The translations under genes were made by a program, and so were the position numbers. Of a stretch of 64,000 bases of DNA, positions 47,948 through 56,599 are shown piece after piece; position 1 is the stretch's first letter; each line of letters begins with the position of its first letter. Source of the stretch: a virus; IMG/VR virus record IMGVR_UViG_3300036985_003683, positions 1-64,000 of that record. One strand, given 5' to 3'. The notes under the pieces are model-generated. The model was not told where the DNA came from, searched no databases, and worked only from the letters and a program-made list of their open reading frames with translations.

Positions 47948-50020
47948 TTATACCCGTGACACCAGTTCAATTAGAGGCTGAACTACGCGAGGAGTTACTT
48001 GTTCCCTCAATACGTCATTCAACCTCTTCCATCCATCCATCTCGCGTTGCTTGCTATCGCGCATCAGTTCTTCCAGTCTTTCTGCCCAGTTGGTTCCTTC
48101 CTTCAGGGTAACTATGGGCATCCCAAGTGACGCAGCCTTGGCAGCTTTGTTACTGCCCTTGTTGCGGTAGGAACTCCATTCCAATTTGGGATCTAGGAAG
48201 ATGTCACACTCCATAATCAGGGCGTTCTCTGTAGCCAGTGTCCAACGTTTCCACTCCCACGGAAATGGGATCCGAAGATCGCACCCTTCAGAGATGATCC
48301 GCACGGTCTGTGAGTACTTTTCACATAGCGCTGCGAGTTGGTTGGTGTATGCTAGTAGAGAGGTAATGTTCCCATGGTAGCCAGTCCACACGAGGCGTTT
48401 CGTAGCCGAGTAGGACGACTTAACTGAGGGTGGAGAGGATATAGAGTCGGGTATGACGTATATGTCGGATTTAGGAGCCACCTGTTTTAACTCTAAAGAT
48501 AGGGGGTGGGAAGGCACAAGGAAGGTTACCCCCCTGGCTCCCAAGCGTCTAATCACTTGCAAGTAGTCGTGTGAGGACATTCCACCAAGGAGATAGTCGG
48601 GAGACCAGTAGGTAACACAGATATCCAACAACACCTTCTTGCCACCATTCAGAAGGTGGTTAATCCAACCTTCGGCGGAGGGCGTAGGAGCACACACAAA
48701 GATGAACACGTCATACGACCTCCACTCACGTCTCAACGTATCCAAATCGCCTATGTCACAAAGTGGAATGTGAGGAGCAACCTGGTATCCCCTAATGCGC
48801 GGACCCGCTAGGTTATTGTCCAACACTCCACCGGAGTTGAGTGGTAGGAGTAGAGAGCGTGGCATGGGTGGGAACGCCCTGTGACTCTTGTATATGGTCT
48901 CCTTGGTGGATGTGGACTCGGCATGTGTAACCGAGTTGGTTATTCCTGCTGCCCTGTTACGTATGTAGGGAGGTGAGAAGAACCCTACGCCCCTGTGACC
49001 CCTGTCTATCAAAGTCAGGTACAGGTCCCAGTCTTGCAACCTAGGGAGGAGGCTGTTGTATCGGGGCATAACACTCGCGCGGAACACTGAACAGATAATG
49101 ATGCACGATCCCATAAGCGTTGCTGAGGGATCGCTACTGTTCATGTGTAGACTGGACCTTCCGTGGGTACACACTAACCCCCTCCATGCGGGATCGAAAT
49201 GTGACTCTGCCCTGAGTTCCAAAGAGTGAGCTTCTTGGAGTGCTATCATCTCTTCAGTGAAGTGATCCTCGGGTATGGACCACCACTGTCGGGGGTACAC
49301 ATAATCGATTCCCTCATCAAAGGCGTCTAACGCTGTAGCCAAGTAGCGTGGAGGCATCACATCGTCACTATCGAAGCATATCAGGTAGTCTCCCACAGCG
49401 TGCTCTAAGCCAACGTTACGAGCATAGGCAGCTCCACGTCTACGTCCGAGTTTGTGATATGAGTGAATACGTGGATCTGCCCTCCGTGTGACCTCCACCA
49501 CTTCCTGAGACTGATCTTGAGAACAGTCGTCAACCACAATCACCTCTAGGCAGGTATGTGATTGTCCCAGTATTGAAGTAAGGCACTCAACTAGAAACTC
49601 TTCACAGTTGTGTGTAGGCACTACCACGGATACTAGTTTGTGTGAGCGCTCTCGTACACGTCTCAATACCTTACAACCCCACTGCAGCGTCTGTACCAGG
49701 TCCATCATTTCGGGTACTAGATCGTATCCCCACTTGTGAAGAAGACGCGAGTTCCATTCGGTGTGGAAGCCGTCTACGCAGTTCAATACCACGTACTCAT
49801 GGTGAGAAAGGAACTGAGCCTGTTCCTCAGTCAACTTGGGACATGCATCCCACAATAGGAAGCACTGAGCACCCTCAAAGAAGGGCAACTGGTGCACACT
49901 GAGGTGCTTTTCCCAAAAGGGATTGCCTAGTGAGAAGAAGCCATCTACATCTAGACTGCCCAGTAGTTGTGAAGCTACGTGGCCGAATATGTCGGCGTCT
50001 GATGTTACGGTCGCAAACAA
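47948..50020 (-). CDS. Multidomain glycosyltransferase (GT2 + GT-B-like)
   Basis: VSVVVPTHN, VVDDCS, ARNVG, FDSDD, QDWD; C-terminal WTG, KGSNK..KAASLGMP. Confidence 0.85.
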   Translation of the reverse strand: MFATVTSDADIFGHVASQLLGSLDVDGFFSLGNPFWEKHLSVHQLPFFEGAQCFLLWDACPKLTEEQAQFLSHHEYVVLNCVDGFHTEWNSRLLHKWGYDLVPEMMDLVQTLQWGCKVLRRVRERSHKLVSVVVPTHNCEEFLVECLTSILGQSHTCLEVIVVDDCSQDQSQEVVEVTRRADPRIHSYHKLGRRRGAAYARNVGLEHAVGDYLICFDSDDVMPPRYLATALDAFDEGIDYVYPRQWWSIPEDHFTEEMIALQEAHSLELRAESHFDPAWRGLVCTHGRSSLHMNSSDPSATLMGSCIIICSVFRASVMPRYNSLLPRLQDWDLYLTLIDRGHRGVGFFSPPYIRNRAAGITNSVTHAESTSTKETIYKSHRAFPPMPRSLLLPLNSGGVLDNNLAGPRIRGYQVAPHIPLCDIGDLDTLRREWRSYDVFIFVCAPTPSAEGWINHLLNGGKKVLLDICVTYWSPDYLLGGMSSHDYLQVIRRLGARGVTFLVPSHPLSLELKQVAPKSDIYVIPDSISSPPSVKSSYSATKRLVWTGYHGNITSLLAYTNQLAALCEKYSQTVRIISEGCDLRIPFPWEWKRWTLATENALIMECDIFLDPKLEWSSYRNKGSNKAAKAASLGMPIVTLKEGTNWAERLEELMRDSKQREMDGWKRLNDVLREQVTPRVVQPLIELVSRV

Positions 50021-51834
50021 GTCTCACCACTCCGTTCGTAATGAAGTGCGATAACTCCCCAATGGATCTTTATGGAGAGACCTAGGAGCTGGAAGTCTCG
50101 TCCCATCACTAAGTCGGGTCCGCGGAGATCGCGTGGGTCGTTAGCTAGTGCACTGAACTTGAACTTCTTCAGACAATGTGCGTTCATTAGAAGCATGCCA
50201 TGTGGGACAGCATCTACAACTTGCACTCCCACTCCTGGAGTGATCCATTCGAAGTCCAATGGTATGTTCGTAGTCAGTTTCCACGCTAGGGACTTCTTCT
50301 CACGCCTGCATACATAGTGACCGCTGATAGCACCACCCACAGGACTCAATTCGTCGTTCAACCTAGTCAGGAAGTTACTCTCAACTGGAATGGTGTCGAA
50401 TTCCCATATCAATACCCTATCAGTGAGAATTGCACGTTTTGCCCTGTTGTACACGCACGACACAAGTGCACTGATGGGATACTTCACGCCATCCCATCTG
50501 TAGTACCTAGGTTCTTCCATCTCCAACCAGTGCGCTTCTGTCTTACTCTGCCGTAGGCAGAACGTCTCAAACTTGTGTGCGTGATGGCATATGAACTCGC
50601 TCAGTATGACTTGCAACTCAGGTCGTGAGATGTCACTCCACAGATGAACGTGTAATAGTTCTTTGGGATAGTCCACATTCAACAGCGCGTCCAGATAGCG
50701 ATTCAACAACAGTGGTTCACAATCGTCCAGAGCTGTTACGATCGTCACACTCTCACGTTCGTCTAGATCGCGATCTTCCTGTGGGTGTGCAGAGATGGGT
50801 TGCTTTATGACAGCCAACTTCCACCCCACATCTTCAAACTTACGTTTCTGCCCTTGTGACTGTTGGTACGCGAGTGTTCTGAACATCATGGGGAAACGTT
50901 TCCAACAGTCGTCCCCTGGAGCCTCCTCGTGGCTGAGTTCTCCAGACCAACATACAGGACTGACCACAGCACCTACGCTTGGATCTCTGAACTGTGCTAA
51001 TGCAGCGTGCAGCCACCGTGTTGAAATACGCGCGGTATCGTCTGACACAAATACGTAGTCGCCACTCCCACGTAGTATCCCCAACCTCTCTCGTTCAACA
51101 CGTGTCCCGCTTTCAGGAACAAGATGAGGAGTCATCCACATATCACTGTGATAGTCAATGAACGATGCAGTTTCCACCTCACTTGTTGTCAGTGTGCACG
51201 ACATGACATTGGTGTTATCGTGGTGCACCAACCACGGGTCGCTCAACACAGTTGTAGGATAATTGTCCACATTCAGATGGGTCTTGGCATTGGACATCAC
51301 AATCAACTCCTTGTCGAAAGTGTTCCTCATAAACCTGTCCATGTTGGAGATCTGCCATCCGTAGTCCATTAGCAGTTTGCGATACCATGCCTGGGTACGG
51401 GATAGTGCAAACTCACTCTGGGGTTGGTGTATCTTGTCCAGGACGAAGATGGTCTTAGTGCAGTGTATCTTGAGTTGCTCCAGGGCCCTGATCAACTCTT
51501 CCAACTCTAGACACTGTAGGACGTCGTGTAGAACGATGTAATCGAACTTCACAGGGTATGTTGCTTGAATATCCAACACATCTCCCTTCTGACAGTACTG
51601 GGGTGCCACTGAATGCTGAATAGCATACTGGGAAACGTCCAATCCCCAGGCGTCGAACCCCCTCATTCGGAGATGTTTCACGAGCCATCCCAGGCCACAT
51701 CCCACATCTAACACGCGTCCCGTGATAGACTCGTGCAATACTCGTGATAGATCAAAGTACTTACTGGAGTCAAGTTCGCACCCAGTATTGGCGTAGTACT
51801 GTGCTCTGTTAAAATCTGGTAGGTTTATACTCAC
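50005..51834 (-). CDS. Methyltransferase fused to GT-A-like domain(s)
   Basis: VLDVGCGLG, GLDVS; YVFVSDD; LIWEFDTIP, GPD. Confidence 0.75.
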   Translation of the reverse strand: MSINLPDFNRAQYYANTGCELDSSKYFDLSRVLHESITGRVLDVGCGLGWLVKHLRMRGFDAWGLDVSQYAIQHSVAPQYCQKGDVLDIQATYPVKFDYIVLHDVLQCLELEELIRALEQLKIHCTKTIFVLDKIHQPQSEFALSRTQAWYRKLLMDYGWQISNMDRFMRNTFDKELIVMSNAKTHLNVDNYPTTVLSDPWLVHHDNTNVMSCTLTTSEVETASFIDYHSDMWMTPHLVPESGTRVERERLGILRGSGDYVFVSDDTARISTRWLHAALAQFRDPSVGAVVSPVCWSGELSHEEAPGDDCWKRFPMMFRTLAYQQSQGQKRKFEDVGWKLAVIKQPISAHPQEDRDLDERESVTIVTALDDCEPLLLNRYLDALLNVDYPKELLHVHLWSDISRPELQVILSEFICHHAHKFETFCLRQSKTEAHWLEMEEPRYYRWDGVKYPISALVSCVYNRAKRAILTDRVLIWEFDTIPVESNFLTRLNDELSPVGGAISGHYVCRREKKSLAWKLTTNIPLDFEWITPGVGVQVVDAVPHGMLLMNAHCLKKFKFSALANDPRDLRGPDLVMGRDFQLLGLSIKIHWGVIALHYERSGETCLRP

Positions 51835-51875
51835 CGTTTCACCTCTATAGACATCGATTTAACCACAGTTATCAG

Positions 51876-51922
51876 CGTTAAAGGCAATAAAGTACCGGCC
51901 CCGCTACATAAAGTACCCGCTA
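51876..51922 (-). repeat. 47-bp dispersed repeat, copy 2 (inverted)
   Basis: Reverse complement matches 19719-19765 at 39/47. Confidence 0.8.
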
Positions 51923-51928
51923 CGTAGC

Positions 51929-53284
51929 CTATGTTCTCCGTGAGCGATCCAGTAGTCTCTGCCCCAGCTCGTTTAGTTCGTCTGTGGAGAACCTCGAATT
52001 CTCGGAATACGACAGTGAACACATCTTAGTGCTGGAGCTCCCCAACCTAGACTTGTAGACGAGACTGAAGAGCAGGTCCAACTCTGGAAATGCAAGTTGA
52101 CCACTGTCCAGGTGGACGTCCAATACGTCTTCGGTTCTGACAAGGAACACCCTAGGTAATGCGTCTAGTGTGTATAAACTGGCGAGCTCCATGGGTGGAG
52201 TCTTGTTCAGAGTTATGCCGTCATAGGGTAACGGTATGTGCAACTCTTCCCACATGTGAGACAGGTCGTCACTGGAGAGATTGAAAGAGTCCAACCAACC
52301 CAAGCGGTACATCTTGCTGGAGACTGATACACTAGGTACTACGAACGAGTCATTGGGGTGGTCGAGTAGGTGACGTAATCCATGTACTAGGAACGACCTG
52401 TTGACCTGATCAGAAACGCGCATCAACATCACTGTGGACCCGGAAGACATACGCATCCCTTCCGTGAACACTGTAGTGGCAGAGCGCGTTCCACCTTCGG
52501 ACAGTACTACTGGGATCTGTGTACCTGTCAAGTAGTAGGTGGCTAGCGATGCACCCCCAAACTCCATTTTGGGAGTCAAGTAGGAAAGAACGTTAGGACA
52601 CTGGGATGTGTTGACTAATACCAACTCCACACTTCGTATAAACAACGTCCGTACATGGTCTAGGAACTTACGTAAATAGTCTGGTCCCATCCAACAGTCT
52701 ACCACTATCGAAGTGGAGACAGAATCACGTGTCAGGACTGGCTTCCGCACTATCCTCTCAGGATTGCAGGTGAGAACCAAGCAGTCCCACCCAGTGGTGG
52801 ATTGAAGCCTCCGCTGCTGCAACTCGTCACATACCCACCCACCATTTTCGAAAATGCCCTTGTAGAAGGAGGTAGTGCGAGTGATCTCACCACCTACGCC
52901 TGGTGAATTGAGTATCACTAGCCACTTCTTACAATGTACGCGTGACCACCTTACGAACTCGTTAAGTTCGTCCTCGTCAAAACACCCCAACAGCTTAGAC
53001 GCTAGTAACACGTCGTAAGTATCCTCTTCACTGAGGAAGCTACGGAGATGTACGTTTTCTACAACTCGACTGTCCACGGCGAATGGATTCACATCGATAC
53101 CGTTAGCAACCACAGAGTGGTCCTCACGAAGATGCTTCACCACCCAACCTAGTCCACACCCAACGTCCAAAACTGAACCTGGGAATAACTCTGCGATCTT
53201 GGTTGCGATCATGAACAGATGTCCATCGCCTACCAACATTCCCCGAGATTCGCAGTACTCACGATCGTATATCATTGTGTACAC
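51929..53284 (-). CDS. Methyltransferase fused to degenerate GT-A-like domain
   Basis: VLDVGCGLGWVVKHLR, paralogous to the 50005 N-terminus; C-terminal half lacks a clear DxD. Confidence 0.7.
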   Translation of the reverse strand: MYTMIYDREYCESRGMLVGDGHLFMIATKIAELFPGSVLDVGCGLGWVVKHLREDHSVVANGIDVNPFAVDSRVVENVHLRSFLSEEDTYDVLLASKLLGCFDEDELNEFVRWSRVHCKKWLVILNSPGVGGEITRTTSFYKGIFENGGWVCDELQQRRLQSTTGWDCLVLTCNPERIVRKPVLTRDSVSTSIVVDCWMGPDYLRKFLDHVRTLFIRSVELVLVNTSQCPNVLSYLTPKMEFGGASLATYYLTGTQIPVVLSEGGTRSATTVFTEGMRMSSGSTVMLMRVSDQVNRSFLVHGLRHLLDHPNDSFVVPSVSVSSKMYRLGWLDSFNLSSDDLSHMWEELHIPLPYDGITLNKTPPMELASLYTLDALPRVFLVRTEDVLDVHLDSGQLAFPELDLLFSLVYKSRLGSSSTKMCSLSYSENSRFSTDELNELGQRLLDRSRRT

Positions 53285-56200
53285 ACCTTATCTATTCCCA
53301 TAACCCGCATCACTTCGTCGTACACTCTGCAGACAGTTAGTCCAATTTGACAGTACAATTGGGGCTGACTACAAGTGCTGTACTCCTTAGGAAAAGGAGG
53401 TTTGTGATGACAACCCAGACACTCCAGATCTATGGGAACGGAGACTGGGAACAAGAATTCAGAGTCTGCCACTAGTTTTGGATCAGTGGGTCCGAAGATG
53501 CATATGGTAGGTACCTTGACCCCCACTCCAATATGTAGCCCCACACTATCACTACAAACTACTCCCCGACTGATAGCAGTCAATGCAGCTACCTCGTCCC
53601 AAGATCTTCCGAAGAAGGGTATGCCCATGTCCACACGCTCATCAGCGAGCGAACCCACTTCAACGATTTGGAAGTCCTTACTCAACTTCTGGGTCAACTC
53701 TTTCCACCGAGAGAGTGGCCAACGTCGATTAGCCCAACTAGCTCTCCAATGCACTACCAGCAGATTTGGATGGGCAGAAAACTCGTCACGTATCTTATCC
53801 AGAGTTGACTGCTTGGTCCAATATCCAGGACGCACATAGGGCACACCCGCAAGGCGTGCAACTTGTCTAGGCCTATTCTGCCCTAGGTCCACTTCATATG
53901 CGGAATCCAGGTTGATCACCAGGTGGTACTCTACTCCAGGTTCTGCGCTGTCTAGTATGTCATCCACCCATGGACAATTCTCCATAATGGCCCCGCATTT
54001 TGTCATAAGCACTATGCGAGAGAGAGGGAATTTCCATCTGAGTGCCTTCAGGGCACCTTCACATGAAAGTAAGTCACCATTGGCACCTCCCCTAACCACC
54101 AGAATGCAGTGTCGAACGAAAGTGCGGGTCGTCAGATAATTGCGCCACCTGTGTAGCATGTACTTGACGTTCTGAGCTTCAGTCTGGTCCATTAACGACC
54201 TGATAGGGGCGTTGTTTACCCTAGTGATGGACCTCAAATGGTCGATCTTAGCTTCGGGCACTGCCAGTATCTTGTAACCCATCTCACGCAGTCTGAGTGA
54301 TAGATCTGCGTCTTCACATGTAGCGAACTTCAAATGCGCTTCGTCAAAAACTGGATACCTATCCATCACCCAGTGAGGTAGCATGAAGAAGTATCCCTCC
54401 AGGTAGTCTAGAGGCCCTTCACCAGGCCCACCTAACATGGCCTCGTTGAGGTATCCATACTCGGGTACTGGACCTGTCTGAGCCACTAGTGGATCTTTGA
54501 AGGGCTCAGACAGAGCTTCGAACCACCCAGGATGGACAATGATGTCATTATTGGACACCACATAGAACTTGCCCCGAGCGCGCTTGCCCATGGTGTTCAT
54601 GGGGTAGATGTACCCCCGGTTGGTCTGTGACTTGAAGATCTTCACTACTGGATGGTTAACGTACTTATCATACAGCAGATGCATATCGGGATCGGTAGAT
54701 GCGTTGTCCCACACAAATATCTCGCGCAGTATCCCCTCTGTAGTTGAAAGCATGGACTCGATAGCGTTGATAGTCATCTGGGGGTGGTCTACTGCAGTCA
54801 CAGCGATTGTGAGGTCCAACTCGCGAGGTTCAGCTTCTTTCACTGAATCTCCATAGTACACGACCTCTGGAAGATCCACTCGTGGTGCAAAGTCCACGTT
54901 GTATCCACTACTGATCCAGGTCTGTGTACTAGCAACCCAACGTGAAGAGTCCACAGAAATCTTGCGCGATTCCTTGTGGAACACACCACCTACCAACTCT
55001 CCGTAGGAGTTGAACATCTTTGGGACCTGTGCAGAATCACACGCCCACACGTCGGATATCCCAGCGGGAACATCACCCAGTGGCACATCTGTGGAAACTG
55101 CCCCTGTACCCTTGCGTAGGAGTGTTAGCACGTCACTTGGCTTAACTATGACGCGAGTGTCCCACCACACTAGCCTACTAGTGTTAAGTATCACACTGGA
55201 GAGCACATTCCAATCGTCTATGAACTGCACGTTGTGACTCAACCAATCTACTGGATCGGTAAAGCCATACACCACCACTACCACACCTTCGGGGAGGGTC
55301 AGGTTCGACAGATTAGTGTGGAACTGCTTGGGTGTATCCCTCCGCACGGTCAGTACAAGGAGTGTGTCCAATCGCTTCTTGGTAAGTGGACTACGGAACA
55401 GGTTCGAAAAGAAGCTTGCTGAGGGTGCTGGAGCTGGTAGGTTCAAACGTGAGGCGATAGCTCTACAGGCATCTTCGCGTGTAGATGATTTCCTTACTTG
55501 CTTCTCATATCGTGGGTCGTGATCCAGGGGGACGAGCTGTGTGAAGGGCTCTACGTGTGCACATTTTACTCCCCAGTTTATCAGACATGGGTAACCCATT
55601 TCCCACAGGTCAGCACACAGTGTAATGTCCGTGGCGTAGAAAGACGAAGTGTCATCGCGTTGGGGTCTAACTGCCACCATCTTCAGCAGTCGAGTGCGCC
55701 AGAGGGTGCAGGAGAACGATACGCCATCCACACGTTGGATCTCTTCTCGCTTAGACACGTACCGGATAGTGGGAGTTCTGCCTTCGAACTTCCAACACAT
55801 CGTGTTGTAGTCGTGACGTTCTATCACGTTCCCGGCAGCTGCAGCGGATCCTTCGGATCTGTGGAGAGTCTCATATAAACGCACTAGACAGTCACGGTCA
55901 AGCATGACCACGTCGTCTTCTAGCGTTAATACATACTCAGTATCCACTAAGTGAGTCATTCGACCATAGATTCTGGCTACTGCCTGCACAGTAGAGTATC
56001 TATCGGGAGTGGGTGGGGTGGAGTCTTTGATGTACGCAATAGAAGCATACCCCCCTTGCCCCGCCATAAACCATCGACACAGCGCTGCGAAGGAGTCGTC
56101 ATTCGAGTTGTCGTACAACATCAGATTGACTGGTACTGGGGGCATCTCCAGAGTGGAGAGTGCCGTGAAGAATTCTGCTGCACAATGCCAACGTGCTTGG

Positions 56201-56586
56201 AGAGGTGCGAAGATCGTGATGCCAGGTTGGAGTTTGATGTACTCGGGATTGGCAGCTGCTGGAGTCACGTACTTGACTCTGAGACCGCTAGGAATGCGCG
56301 GTTTCTCATTCGCGATGTCGCCGATGAACTCCAATAGGGGCTCTAACCAGCGAAGGTTTGCTTCACTACGTCGCACTATGCCTACCCCAGTGGAGCTGGC
56401 CTGGACTACGTGTGAGTTGGGGTTGATCTGATCGTCTACGAAGATATGTCGCAGATGTAGATCGGAAGCGTTCTCGAGTAAACGCTGAATCTGTGGCGGA
56501 AAATTTCCCGCAGTATGGTTTACATTGACTCTGGACGAATGTATGATCTGTCCAGTGTCTTCTTGGTAAATCACTAACAAGGGCAA
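53272..56586 (-). CDS. Giant multidomain glycosyltransferase (GT-A, GT2, GT9)
   Basis: YVLTLEDDVV; WDNASTD, NRGY, SNNDI, EDADLSLR; GT9-like GANGDLL, RRWP, DSVGLH, IFGPTDP; AGGAGG RBS over the upstream stop, TTG start. Confidence 0.88.
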   Translation of the reverse strand: MPLLVIYQEDTGQIIHSSRVNVNHTAGNFPPQIQRLLENASDLHLRHIFVDDQINPNSHVVQASSTGVGIVRRSEANLRWLEPLLEFIGDIANEKPRIPSGLRVKYVTPAAANPEYIKLQPGITIFAPLQARWHCAAEFFTALSTLEMPPVPVNLMLYDNSNDDSFAALCRWFMAGQGGYASIAYIKDSTPPTPDRYSTVQAVARIYGRMTHLVDTEYVLTLEDDVVMLDRDCLVRLYETLHRSEGSAAAAGNVIERHDYNTMCWKFEGRTPTIRYVSKREEIQRVDGVSFSCTLWRTRLLKMVAVRPQRDDTSSFYATDITLCADLWEMGYPCLINWGVKCAHVEPFTQLVPLDHDPRYEKQVRKSSTREDACRAIASRLNLPAPAPSASFFSNLFRSPLTKKRLDTLLVLTVRRDTPKQFHTNLSNLTLPEGVVVVVYGFTDPVDWLSHNVQFIDDWNVLSSVILNTSRLVWWDTRVIVKPSDVLTLLRKGTGAVSTDVPLGDVPAGISDVWACDSAQVPKMFNSYGELVGGVFHKESRKISVDSSRWVASTQTWISSGYNVDFAPRVDLPEVVYYGDSVKEAEPRELDLTIAVTAVDHPQMTINAIESMLSTTEGILREIFVWDNASTDPDMHLLYDKYVNHPVVKIFKSQTNRGYIYPMNTMGKRARGKFYVVSNNDIIVHPGWFEALSEPFKDPLVAQTGPVPEYGYLNEAMLGGPGEGPLDYLEGYFFMLPHWVMDRYPVFDEAHLKFATCEDADLSLRLREMGYKILAVPEAKIDHLRSITRVNNAPIRSLMDQTEAQNVKYMLHRWRNYLTTRTFVRHCILVVRGGANGDLLSCEGALKALRWKFPLSRIVLMTKCGAIMENCPWVDDILDSAEPGVEYHLVINLDSAYEVDLGQNRPRQVARLAGVPYVRPGYWTKQSTLDKIRDEFSAHPNLLVVHWRASWANRRWPLSRWKELTQKLSKDFQIVEVGSLADERVDMGIPFFGRSWDEVAALTAISRGVVCSDSVGLHIGVGVKVPTICIFGPTDPKLVADSEFLFPVSVPIDLECLGCHHKPPFPKEYSTCSQPQLYCQIGLTVCRVYDEVMRVMGIDKVCTQ

Positions 56587-56599
56587 GGGGGCAGTCCTC

